From positions 1,922,001 to 1,986,000 of the forward strand of contig JAYWIR010000021.1 of assembly GCA_036172245.1 (NCBI GenBank): DNA of 64,000 nt, written 5' to 3'. Of the stretch, positions 27,091 through 38,310 are shown in pieces. The notes below the pieces were generated by a model. That model had not been told where the DNA came from and did no database searches. It saw only the letters and a program-made list of their open reading frames with translations. Position numbers and translations under genes: made by a program. Each line of letters starts with the position of its first letter. The first letter of the stretch is position 1. This DNA is from Raillietiella orientalis (Eukaryota).

Positions 27091-28705
27091 CAAGAACTGT
27101 AGTAGGTACTTGGAACAGTAAACTGAATAGAGGTTGAACGGAGGTCAAAGTGTCCTGTTTGCAATGCAGGTGAAACGCATCCACTATTTGGTTAGCCAGA
27201 TTAAGAATGCAGGGAGCGTTGAGTCTCCAGATTTGTTGGTCTGGTTCGACGATGGGGCTTCGTTTCTTAGACAGAGGATGGCGATTTGGCGTTAGGCTGC
27301 TCCTTTCCCGAAGATTCCTAACCAGGACACCGAAGCTCTTAATTCACGTCACGTCTTTCGCGTTCCATGTTCCGAAATCGGTGCTGCAAAATGAGCCGGC
27401 TGTCATCAACCTGCGATGACATCGGAGCCGCTGATCCACTGGGGTGTGCCTGCTGAAGGGAAGAATGCCCCAACACTTACGACTTGGGGCGGTTGCCAGA
27501 GAAGCGGAGGTCTTGCAGTTGATCAATTCTCGCGAATGCAACGCGATTTTTGTTAACGAAAAAAGGAAGAAAGGTCGTCGGAAACTCTCCTTCTTCTTTC
27601 ATCTCATTTTTTCTTTCTTTGTCTTTTCGGTATTTAAGTTTGGGTGCTCTTGAAATGGTCCGATTTCATTGCGTGCTTTCGTGAGTTCTTCTCAAAAATG
27701 AGCGTGTTGCTGAGGGATCTTGAGCGGGTGTTTCAGGATAAGTACCTGTGCACCATTCCCGGCACACCGGATCTTCCGACTGTCGGATGCTGGATCAGAT
27801 TCCGAATCGATCTGAGTCCTCTCTTTAGTGCGAAGCCTCACCGGTTCTCCCTTTTTTCTCGACCCCAAGGAATGCCCGCAAGTTCGAAACCTTCCTCCGA
27901 ATCTTCGGCGTGTGGGAGCTTCCGTGGGACCCACTGTTAGGTAGGTTTCCAGCCCCACGGCTCCATGTCACACCATCATGGATCGCACCTTGCAAGGATG
28001 GAGAGGGGAAGAAGAAAAAAAAGCGTTGGCAGTTCTACCGGAGCTGCGCGCGCAGTATCGGGACGTTCACCGAATCCCCGGAAGATGGTGCTGAGACGGG
28101 CGGCACGGCACTCGTTTTTGGAATCCATAGAAGAGGGCAGTCCATTTTGCAAGCCGATGGACGCGACTCGAGATGGCAGCGAATGCTGTCGAAATCGGAA
28201 AAGGACAGAAAACCTTCGCGATGTGCCATCCGGCAGATGCAAATCCCTGTCTGAGGAAATCACTTCTTCTGGGGAAAAGGGAAAGCAGCCTTGTTGCATG
28301 GATCAAACCGGACGTCTGTGGAACTCTCTTGGTTCCGGGGGGAGGAGTGAAAGAGTTCCACGATCGGGTCAGGTGCGGGCCGCGCAGCTCGTTCGGGCTG
28401 CGGCGGTGCCGCCTGTGCCCAGCGGAGGAGGGCAAAGGGCGAAAATGTGACATCCCGCGTCTTCTGGAAGTTGCCGAGGCAGCGGCATAGCTGATTAGCA
28501 CGCATAACGAACACGGTGGATTGCGCTTTGATTCATGGTTCCGACGTTATCTTGCCAGTAACTGCGCTTGAAAAAAAAAAAAAAAGAAGAAGCAGGGAGG
28601 AAGAGAAAAACGGGAGAGCGTCAACTGCCCCTTTGCTCCACGAAACCAGCTAGGCCCGAGCCACACTTCCGCTTGTCGCACGTGCATCCTCCCGCCACGT
28701 AGTTC

Positions 28706-29812
28706 TTGCGGCCCAGGGACGTCCTGCAAACGCTGATCGGGTCCGGTTGGGTGGGGTTTCGAATGGGCTTTTGCTGCAGCAAACGGCGCTTTAGATCACC
28801 AGCAATGATTCCGAGATGTTCCACTTTCGAACGTGGTGTACAAATGTTTCGATCGGCTTCCGAGTTTCGATTCCCTCATCAACTCGTGGTAGACTGTAGG
28901 GACAGCAACGAGCAGGGAACCTGGAAAGTGTCGTGTACCGTGGAAGGCAGGACGCGACCGATAAAGGCGTGGACATCTCGGCAGCTAGCGGACGCTGCGA
29001 CCCCGAGTGTCCCGCCCAATGAAATCATACGTTGGGGCGAGCTGCTGGCAATACCTCCAGGGGAGGTGAAGTGGCCCCCAGCGTGTTGGAACAGTGGCTC
29101 CCTTCCCATGAAGTGGCAGGAGATGGCGCTACTCGTTTTGCATTGGGGACTCCCCTGCAAAGCGCGCCTCATCCACTGGACTCGAGGGAGTGTGGATGCC
29201 TTTTGTGCACGGTGCGGAGAGAAGGAGACCTTCCCCCACCTTCTTGTGGAATGCGTCGCCCTCCGCCCCCTCTGGGATCGTCTTGCTACGATCCTGAACA
29301 TTGACGGAGGTACTCCCAGGGGCATTTTCCGGCGACTCTTCTCGCGTGCCTCCTTGCCCCCGGCCGCTTCCTTAGCAGTGCTGTACCGCATCCGTGGAAT
29401 CGTGGCGGCATGGAATGCGTCTAGAAGATGCACGGATGGCAGGGATGCCACCCACTGGAAGCGAATATTCGCAAGAAAGCTCTCCAGGTGGCCCCACCTG
29501 GGCGTGAACGGGGCTCAGCTCGCTAGGATCCTAAATAGGATCTAGAGGACCAATCCACGCGCAGTGTGATCCCATCCCCGCCCCTCCCCACTCCCAGAAC
29601 CTTGTGCCCTCCCTACATTTCTCCTTTTGTTTGTTTTTTGTTTTATTTCTTCCTACCCCCGCGCGTTGGATGGACCTCGCCGGTTTTTGCGCCGGCAACT
29701 AGCTTGCTGCTGTGGAGTGGTGAGCCCTTGAGTTCACCACAAGAAAGTAACATGTGTTTTTATTTGTTTCAAATAAATGCCCCGGCACATCCGGGTGATA
29801 AACTCGTGGTAG
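28706..29812 (+). mobile_element. L1/Tx1-clade LINE 3' fragment: ORF2 C-terminus with zf-RVT (CCHC) plus 3' UTR
   Basis: The open frame 28706-29545 contains KWQEMALLVLHWGLPCKARLIHW...FCARCGEKETFPHLLVECVALRPLW (C-x2-C...E-T-x2-H-x4-C), followed by a pyrimidine/T-rich 3' UTR. Decayed post-RT sequence (FFWGKG..., VAW..VC...PGGG) lies upstream at ~28100-28450. Confidence 0.85.
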
Positions 29813-29869
29813 AAAAGAAAATATCGGCGCTTTAGACCTTGGCGCTGTCTCAGATCGTCACCTCGTCCG

Positions 29870-30458
29870 TGGGAAGCGGATCCGTGCGCCAGCCGCGGGG
29901 GTTCGAAGCGTATCGACGGGGCTGACTTTCGGTTAGCGTCCTAAGCTGGTGAACACCAAGAAACGCTGGGACGCCGACGCAGGGTGGTTTTGGGGCACCC
30001 CGCGTAACAAACCAGTCGTGCGGCTGCGGCCCCCCACGCGGAGGTTGGGCCCGAGAAACGAGGTGCGCCGTGAGTTTCGAGACTCCTCCGCAGGATGACG
30101 CTGGTTAGCTCCGGGGGTGTTTGTGAGCCATTCCGGGGACCCCCAGGTAAGGATCCGCTACTCGTTTCCTCCTCTGAAGAGAACTCCGAAGCGACGCTCC
30201 CCAGTTTTCTCTGAAGGGAGAAGCGCTCTTCCTGCACTCTGGGGAGGTCCCATCATCAAACAATCCACCAGCTCCACCCTACGCGATGGAGGGTCCCTGC
30301 CCTCGGAAGGGGTGGCATTTTCACAACCGGAGGGAACTACTCCTCGCTTCCTGGAAGGACTTCTGTGGGTTCACTTCCAATCGCGGCCGGTCATCGGGGG
30401 CACGCGGCTTCCACCAGAGTGCTGCCGCACCCGAATGGAGGCTGACCAGCTTCATCTT
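29870..30458. mobile_element. SINE-like family, rearranged copy C (head on + to ~30112, body on - at ~30130-30458)
   Basis: The plus strand has ccgagaaacgaggtgcgccgtgagtttcgagactcctccgcaggatgacgctggttag. It is followed by the reverse complement of the body (ctctgaagagaactccgaag...ttttcacaaccggaggg...ctggaaggac...gctgccgcacccgaa). Confidence 0.7.
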
Positions 30459-30959
30459 CACTCACGACGCCTGGTGCCATGCGGCCGCCAACGCAGGCCC
30501 GCCTCCGACGTGCAACTGGCCGCTGCTGCTCCTCCAGCTGAGGCATCCAGCTCTCTATGGAGCTGGCTGGACGGAAGGCGGAATCTTTCCAGCAAGACAT
30601 CCGCTCAAGGTCTGAGGACCTCGCAAACGGAGGGAAGGAAAGGAGGGAGGGAGGAAGGGGGGAGGGGAGAGAACTGCGTTGCAAGCAGCAGCGTCTTCCG
30701 CTGTTTGCGCGTCTCAGATTCAGGCAGATACTGGAAAGTGATCTCGCATCCACTGCATACGCAAACCGAGACACCTCTGAAGTCTCCGACGGGAGGAATT
30801 CGACTCTTCTTGCGCGAAACTTCGAAGCGGGGGGTGGGGGGTGGGTGGGGAGAAAGAAAAGAAAAGAAAAAAGAAAAATGAAAATTCTTGAAGAACGCAC
30901 AATCGGTGTTGTCGTCCAGACAAATGAGATGTCCGCTCTGCCGAGAGTGACTTCCGTCG

Positions 30960-31450
30960 CTCCCAGACGGATGGGGTGCGGATTCCAGCGCCAGTTTCCC
31001 TTTCCGTGCCACCGGGACTTCAGCGGTTCAGACGGTTCCTCCCCGTTCCGTGGCGGGATCGGCAGCGTGGGGTCCCTCCGAACGAGCGTGGAGGACGAGC
31101 GCAGCCGTTCTCCCGAGCACGGCCGAGCCGGAAGCGCTTCGGGAAGCTGCGCGCCTCTCTCATCCGCGAATGGAATGGTCGTACCCTTTCCTTTCCTGGA
31201 ACCTGGCATCCTTTCTCCTGACTCCGGTCACGGAGCCCACAGCGACGCTCGAAAATGCCGTCCCCCATCAAGCAGCTCCTTCCCATTCTGGCCCTGCCTG
31301 CTCCTTCGATTGCCATGAGGTTCCGTGGAAGCCCTCTGGGAGGATAGTGCCCTCACCTTGGATGACCACACTTCCGGACCACCACGATGACACGGGCCAT
31401 TCGAATGCGTTGGTGACCTGCCCGTTCGATGGCAGGAGACTGCATCTCCA
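30960..31450 (-). pseudogene. Decayed L1/Tx1-like endonuclease C-terminal half
   Basis: TILPEGFHGT (ILGGDFN), CGLRD (GL.D.W) and GKGNWRWNP (G.G.WK.N) occur in the expected order. Confidence 0.35.
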
Positions 31451-31559
31451 TCGGAGGAGAGACGTCGCGTCTTTTCCTAGATCAGAATTTCGTCACCTGA
31501 CAACCTCGAAAGTCGGACTCGCTGTACTGACTACTCCTTAGGGGTTCCCTCTGAAGCGT

Positions 31560-32060
31560 AAGGGCAATCCGTTCCTCTGATGCTTGGGGAAGGGAACCCT
31601 GGCCCTGTTTGACCTCGAAAGGAGCCCTGAAGGGGCGCTTCCTATTTTCTCTGAAAGGCGCTCCCCGAAGGAAGCAGCGCGCTTCTTAACAGGCTGGAGC
31701 GGCAACCCTCCGAGGCGGGCGTATCAACCATCTCCATGGTAGTCGATGGAGGGTCCACCCCAAGTAGGTAGACGGTTTCATTTTCACAACTGGAAGGGGA
31801 GAACCCTAGAGGGTTCGTTGATGTCCTGGAAGGACCCCGGAAAGTCAACTTCCAACCCCGACCAGTCAACGGGGGCATCCAATTTCCCTAGTGCCGCCGC
31901 ACCCGAAGTCGAACGAGGTCAATCAGCGCCATCCTGCTGGAAAGGGCACTCAGACACCCACGAAGAGCCCCCTATTTCTCGGGACGTCGATCCTTCCCCC
32001 GGGGGCGGGATTCGAGTCCGTGACGCCTCGTGCCGCGCGCGCAGAGACAAGCGGCCGCCA
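31560..32060 (-). mobile_element. SINE-like family, copy D
   Basis: Reverse complement of the head (ggcgggattcgagtccgtgacgc, ~31995-32017) and body (tcctggaaggaccccgg, ttttcacaactgg, gctccccgaaggaagcagcgcgcttctt, tccgttcctct). Confidence 0.8.
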
Positions 32061-32279
32061 ACGTGTGTTTGGCTGAAAAGATCTGCATCTTTGAATGGAA
32101 GAGACGCTTAGGAAGCTGACTTCAAGGACGACGGAATCTCCCTCCGGGGCCCAGGAGCCATCTGCTTGGAGAACCGCGGTTCTTCCGTCCTCCGACTCCT
32201 TCCTGAGGTTTCATGCGGAAGATTCCCGTCTCGCCGGTGTCCAGGACCCAGCTCTCACTTGGGGCTCCCCGGCCGCCGG

Positions 32280-34450
32280 TTGAAAACGGGGATGGGAAGG
32301 TAGAAGCTCGGCCAGAGGAGGTGGAAGAGACGCGGGGAGCGTTCTGGAGGAGACGAAGAAAAGCGAAAGGAAATGGGCGAGGGGACTTCCGCGGCGAAGC
32401 TGGAAGAAGGGAAAGTTTGGTGCGCGTCTCCCCGAACCGGGTGTGATCCGGCGCCGGAAGATCGCCGGAACTCAGAAGGCGGGAGCGGGGGTAAGGGCGG
32501 AGAAGCAGCTTCGACCGGTTCAGGAACCCAAAGGCGGCAAGCGGACCCCTGGGATCCCCAGAGTCATTCAGAAGAAGCATCCCAAGAGGCTGCGAGCCGT
32601 CAGGCAACAGCTGCCATGGGACGGAGGACCCCGGGACGGACGCGGGAGCGTGAACGAAGAGGAGGGCGAAAAGACGTCTTCGAGGTCATCAAGGAAGGGG
32701 CGGAAGCGTTCGGCCAGAGCTCCCCCGGGCGACGCGGGTGCGCAGCAGCAGGGCGGGAAGCGCGCGCGGGTCCGGGGATCCTCCGTATCTTGGAGACGTC
32801 CAGGAAACGGGCTTATCCCTCTCAATTCTGCGCGAGCGGATGAGGGAAAGCATCATCGAGTGCGACGGGCGGATGACATCCCCGGACTGGAACTCCCGCC
32901 GAAAGTTTCAGATTACCGGGAGGGATGCAGGAGGGAAAAGGGTTGACGCGAACGGCACGTCTCATCGGAACGCTTGCAGCCCCTATGCGTCATCCCAGCT
33001 GCAAGCGAGACCGAATTGGTTCTCTTCCCGGCCCTCCGGTCTGGAGAGGAAGCGCGTGGAACCGCTGGCCGAGAAACCTCTGCCCCCACCCCCTCTCCCG
33101 GAAGGCAAGGCATGGGAGAGAGCGTCCCCTTCAGTCTCCGATCGAGGGAGATGGCACTTCCTGACGACTCAGAGGCTCCACGTTTCCGAGGAGGAAATGG
33201 GAGTGAAACTGAAGAGCGGTTCCCCCTTCCCCACCGCCGCCTCCGGGTGTGACGTCGGGTGCGCGCGCGCATCGGTTCCTAGAGCGCAGCACGAGCAGAA
33301 AGTGCCAGAGGATGTGATGGCTCCCAAGTCCGGTGGTGGTTGAAAGGCCCGGTTCGACCACCGCGAAGAACGCGAACCTCCCATCGCCGGTGGCAACTGC
33401 CAGACCGAAGTGCGGTCGTTCCTCTGCACCGGGGTGGCGTGAGGCAGATTCGCCACAGGGCGTGCGATCTTCGGGAAGATGAAACCCACGGTGCGTGGGC
33501 CGTGGATGCGGAGAGCGGCGACGGGCGGCTCGCGTTCTTCGCGAGTGGTCGAACCGGGCGGAGGCTCGGTCGAACCGAGCCTCCGCCGCCAGGCATCTCC
33601 CACGGCACGAGGAGGGAGCGATCGAATCACCAAGGACCGGTCCTCCTGTTCACATCTTCGTGCTGCGAGGCAGCTGGATCGAATGGATCCGCGTCCTCAC
33701 CCGGAGCCTGCTTCACTCCTGCTTTGCCTGCAAGGGCTGACCCTCGGGCCGCTCTCGACTTGCCCGGCAGTTTCGAGCAGGGCGTCCGAGCTGCGAACGG
33801 CCGCCGCCAGTCTCCGGCGAGTCCCAGGAGTTGTCACGCGTCCACGGTCTCGACAAAGCGTTCGGTCCACTTCATCCCGCACGCGCTCGATTGCCCACGA
33901 CCCGATCGCATCGGCGCTCAGGGACATCGAAGAAGGTAGTGCTCGTTTCTCTCTTCCCCCGGGTCGTCACGGTTACGCAAAGATCCCTGCCTGCCGCACG
34001 TTCCGAACGGACTGCAGACGGCGAGAGGCAACGGGCGCATCGGCAGTCAGGAGAGCATCTCACTGGTGCGGAAGACGAGCGCTGCTCGCACTTCCGGGCA
34101 AGGGGCAGGGAAGCCACCATCGAGAAAGATGTCCTCATCGGCGGTGCAGGCGACTCAAACTGCGTGGGTGCATTCTTCTTGACCTGCAGGTCAGGATGCG
34201 GGATGCTGGCTCCACGTGTCGTGGGACTCCGGTCGGAGATCCGAGCGAGTGAACGAGTGGGAGGCCTTTCCCTACCAGGAAACCCCCGGGGCGGCGTTGG
34301 CGGTTCCAGGTCAGCTTCCAATAAAAGCAATGGGCCGGAGATGGGAGGCAGGGGGGCCAAGCGGTGCTTCGGTCTGCTCGCAAAGGACTTCGGATCTTGC
34401 CTGCTCTTCCGGGGTGCGGAAAAGGAGGAGCGCACGGACCGAGCGGCGCC
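32280..34450 (-). pseudogene. Decayed L1/Tx1-like element: ORF1 zinc-knuckle region and APE endonuclease
   Basis: The ORF1-like KKNAPTQF...RKCEQ...RCARCLSPS is followed by EN remnants in order: RQEV (LQETH), FPGRL...CCAP (IPGRL...VYAP), ERFRPFLDDL, SRLLSS..PAPDH (SDH), PRPFPF..RLL. Confidence 0.45.
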
Positions 34451-34494
34451 CCCGGAAAAGACACGGCGCGCCCTTCCCATTTCGAGAGGACCTC

Positions 34495-35765
34495 CATCGC
34501 GGTCCTCATCTCCATCTCCGTGCGCGTGCGGCACCACCAGTTCGAATCCCGCCCGGGTAAGGATCGACCCCACGGGAAATGAGCACGCCGTAGAGTTTCG
34601 ATCGCTCCCCCCTCCACAGGGCAGCGTTGGTGGGCCTCAGTTGGCTTCGGGTGCAGGCGGCACTGGTCGGAGTCGGAAAGCCCCTGGTTGACCAGACAGG
34701 ATTGGAAGTGGACCCTCCGGGGTCCTTTTAGGAACCAAGGAGTCCTTCAGAGTTTCCCCCCCACCACCCTCCAGTTGTAAAAATGGAGCCGTCGCTTGCC
34801 ATGGGGCTGATGGATCGACGCCTCTTCAGAGCGTGCCGAAGAAGCGCGCTGCTCCCTTCGGGGTTCTTTTCAGAGGAGGAAACCAGGAGCGCATCCTTTC
34901 CGGATTCCCTTCGAGGAAGAAATGAGAAGTGTTTCTTGGTCCTCCCTCTGAGGAGACTTCGGAGACTACCAGAGCAAGGGTTTCCTCCCAAGTCGGCATC
35001 GGAAGCTTTGTGGTTACGGTGGTCTCCGTGCGTGGCACCACCAAGCATCGCGGATTCGAGTTCCTCCCGCAAGATGGCGCTGGTTGGCCTACAAACATTC
35101 GGATTCGGCACTGGTTGAAAACGGATGCCCTCTATGAGGGCCGGGACAACGGGAGTCGATCTTCGAGTCCTTTTAGGAATCAAGGAGTGGGAAGTTCCCC
35201 CTCCGGTTGTGCAAAGGAGAGCAGACCCCCGAGTGTGGGGGATCCCTCCGGTTCGTTCCGATGGAGTAGATGTGTCACCACCTCTCCAGAGAGTGCAGAG
35301 AAGCGTGCTGCTCCCTTCGGGGAGCGCTCTTTCGAGAAAATTCGGAAGCGTCCCTTCGGGGTTCTCTACAGAGGAGAAGAAGACAGGGAGCGGATCCTTT
35401 CCGGGTTCCCTTCGGAAAAGAAAAATTGAGCGGACCCCCTCCGAGGGTCCCTCCGGAGAGAATAAGGAAGAAGTGATTCCCTTCGGGGTTCCCCCTGGAA
35501 GACAACCAGGGTGGAGGTGTGATCCCCTTTCCGGGGATTCCTCCCCAGGTGTGAGAGGAACGGACTCCGAGTCCTTCCTGGATTCATAGGGTGGACCCGT
35601 CCCGGGGTACTTCCTATCTTGAAAAGCTCGAGAGGAAGGAAGGACTCCTTACTCTGGAGCCTTCCTGGATCGAATGTTGGTCTTTCCCCCTCTGAGGTAT
35701 GCCTCCTGTCTTGAAGAGTCAACGCGCACCATCGGGTGGTGTGGACCATGGGATGCACCCTCGGA
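34495..35765 (+). mobile_element. SINE-like family, head-to-tail dimer (copies E ~34495-34992 and F ~34993-35765)
   Basis: Two successive heads (ttcgaatcccgcccgggtaaggatcgac at ~34541; ggtctccgtgcgtggcacc...ggattcgag at ~35021), each followed by the body. Copy F has the fullest hairpin array. Confidence 0.82.
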
Positions 35766-35799
35766 GCGCTCACGGGAGGGGAGGTTTCCGAGCTTCCCG

Positions 35800-36850
35800 A
35801 GCGCAACCCCCAGGGAAGGAAACGCGTTGCGTAGTGACCGGAAACGCTTGCGTGCTTTCGTTCGCCAAAGGTGGCTCGGGGTCACGACTAATGGCCTGTG
35901 CTATCTGAGTGCGCCCTAGCGCCCCTGAAGGGAGGCGCGAGGGTGGCGTCCCGGAAGAGCGGAAGAATCTTCTCCGCTTTCCCTTCCAGCGCCAGAGGTG
36001 GGACGGCGACCCGCACGAAGGGAAGCTGCGTGAACCCAAGGGAACGTTTCGCCTCGAGAGGGCGCAGCGGCGCACACGTCTGGCGAGGCGTCTGAGGCCG
36101 ATCGGGCCCTGCGACGGGCGCTCGGAAGCCGAGCCCGCGGAAGTGTCCGAGGTGACCGGCTTGACTGGGACGAGATGGGGAGGGAGCGCGTCTGCATTGG
36201 GACGGGAGAGATAAGGACGCCACGCCCCGGAGAAAGAACGCAGGGCGAGGAGGGGGGGGGGGGGCTTTGAACCTGATGGCGGGCTGGACCGCGCGGCAGC
36301 CTGGAGCGGAAGGATCGGTCCTCCCCAGAGGGATCCTCTGGGGCCGCACCCCCCTGTAGAGATTGCGCAGACGCTCCGGGACTCGTTTCGAGGGTACGAA
36401 GAGGGAGCCTTCGCGGGTGGTCCGCAGAGCGTGCCAGCGAGTCCAATTGACGACGGCCTTCTGCAGGCTGCTGCACGCGGCGGAGAAACGGGGGGCGACG
36501 GGCGGTTCGCCGCCGCCGCCGGCCGGGCGGGTGGCGACGCGCAGGTCGCTCCCCCGCGCGCCGCCGCTGCCGCCCGCGCGCGCGCTTCCTGCCGGCGTCC
36601 CCGCGTCCCGGCCGGCACGGCTGCTAGGTGGAGCCTCGCCGGCCGGGACGGCGCTGATTGGAGACGACGCCTCCCGGCCTCCGCGGCAGCTTCCTCCGGA
36701 GGACTCCCGGCGGCCGTCCCGAGCGCTCCGTCGGCTCAGAGAGGCTGGGCGTCTCGCAGAAGGAGGCGGTGGCAGTGCACTCCGCTTCGTGACGCCGGGA
36801 ATCCGTCGCCGCTGCGTCCTCGGGAACTGCAAGCCGTCGGGAGGACGAAA
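35800..36850 (+). pseudogene. Highly decayed, GC-enriched non-LTR reverse transcriptase (R2/NeSL-like)
   Basis: Motif remnants occur in the correct order across frameshifts: CVLSFAKGG (TVLIPKGG), D*WPVL (NWRPI), QRQR..G..E (QRGF..GC.EN), IGPPQRDPLGP (GVxQGDPLSP), SVPASPIDDGLLQA (LAFADDLVL), ALRRLREA...LRFVTPGI (L..APLKP.QK..L..F..P). Confidence 0.55.
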
Positions 36851-37399
36851 GGTCAGGTCTGCGCGCGTGCTCTTTCCCCTCGCCCTCCGGAATTTCGCCC
36901 ACTTCCCGCTACTCCTCCTCTGCAGGGCGCTGACTCCTCCCTTTCGCGGTCCCGCGCGTCCTCTGCTTGCTCATTCTCCGAAAGGACGAGGAAGAGGAGG
37001 AAGGACGCTCCCCCTCCCCCCCGCGCGCGCTCGAGCGATTTGCATAACGTCGTTACGCGCCAGGGAGACAGGAAGGAAAGAGGGAGCTCCCGCAACGGGG
37101 CTCCGCGGCGCGAGAGACTGCATCTTTCATAGCGGCGGAAATCTGTGCCTTCGCGCCGTTGGAAGGGCAGCTGCGGTGGCAGGGTAGGCGAATGTGTCTT
37201 CTTCGAGCCCCCTCTTCTCCCTCTCTCCAAGGGGCTTTCCTGAGGGGTTCGTGCCACCAAGGCACGTATGCCTTCTTACGTTCTCCTAGCAGCGTCATCT
37301 TCTTCCTCCTCTTCTCCCCCCATCCCCCCATCAAGGCGAAGCCGCGCTACAGTGATGCCTCCTAGTTGCCCCGCTTTCCCGAGTTGTGCCATTGCGGTG

Positions 37400-37600
37400 T
37401 TTACTGAGAGGGAAACCCAGAGGAGTTGATGCCAAGGTCGCCTCTGACCTCGTCCTGCTCCCTTCTGGGAGCGCCCTCAAGAGGTACTCGAAATCGTCTC
37501 TTCGGAAACAACCATGGTGGGGGGTTCCCTCTTGGGTTCCCTGCCAAGTGGAAGAGGGAGGGACTCTTTCCTCCCGAGCCCTTCTTGGATATCAGGAGAT
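37400..37600 (+). mobile_element. SINE-like family, degenerate internal/3' fragment (copy G)
   Basis: ctgctcccttctgggagcgc...ggaaacaaccatgg...gggttccctgccaagtggaagagggagggactctttcctcccgagcccttcttggat. Confidence 0.6.
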
Positions 37601-37649
37601 AAAACGCGGGCTAACTGTTTCGAAATTCGGAAGGAGAGCTGCGGGCAAG

Positions 37650-38310
37650 ACGCGCGGGAACCAGGGAAGAACAAATTCGAAGCAGGCAGGAAGAGGTGCA
37701 TTCCGGGTAATCTGCGCGAAGCGGAAGCACCATGGCGACGGAGGAGGCAGGTCCGGAGAGCCTCAACCTCACCCGAGCGGAAGTAGGAGCCGTGCCAGAG
37801 CTCGAAACGCAGCCGCGCTCCGGTTGCCACAGGAACGAGGCCTCTGCGAGGCGAGCAGTCCCGCTGCACGGACAGCTCCCTGCAAGAACGCGGAGGACAG
37901 GCGGCGCGCCTTACGAAGGTGATCCCCACCAAAAGAGGGAGAAGAATCTCAAGAGTCCTCCAGACGAGGAATCGGAGAAGCACCGGAGTATCTCCCGGAC
38001 GAGGTGTTCTTCCTTGGGAGACGGGAGGGCGGGAGACCCTGTCCCGCGCACGGAAGCGCACTGGGCTGTGTGACTCCGGGATCGAAGGCTCCGAGAGCAC
38101 TCGACGTCTGCAAGCCCAAGACCCTCCTCTCTCATCCTGGGACTGCACTTCCACGCGCCAACGGGTCCGATCGTTCCAGTAAAAGGAAAGCTTTGGTCTT
38201 GTTGGCTGGATCCGCGTCTGCGCCGCGAGAAGGTGGTTCTCTTCGCCCCTCGAGTCCCGGTGGATGGCGAGGGCTTTGGAGCGCGCGCTCAGCACGCCCT
38301 TCTCACCTCG
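37650..38310 (-). pseudogene. Decayed L1/Tx1-like endonuclease
   Basis: GVLSARSKALAIH...HLLAAQTRI (GL...K.....LQET), RGGSW (GGV), LLVGITF (GGDFN), GASASRRL (SRLD). The match is weak. Confidence 0.3.
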
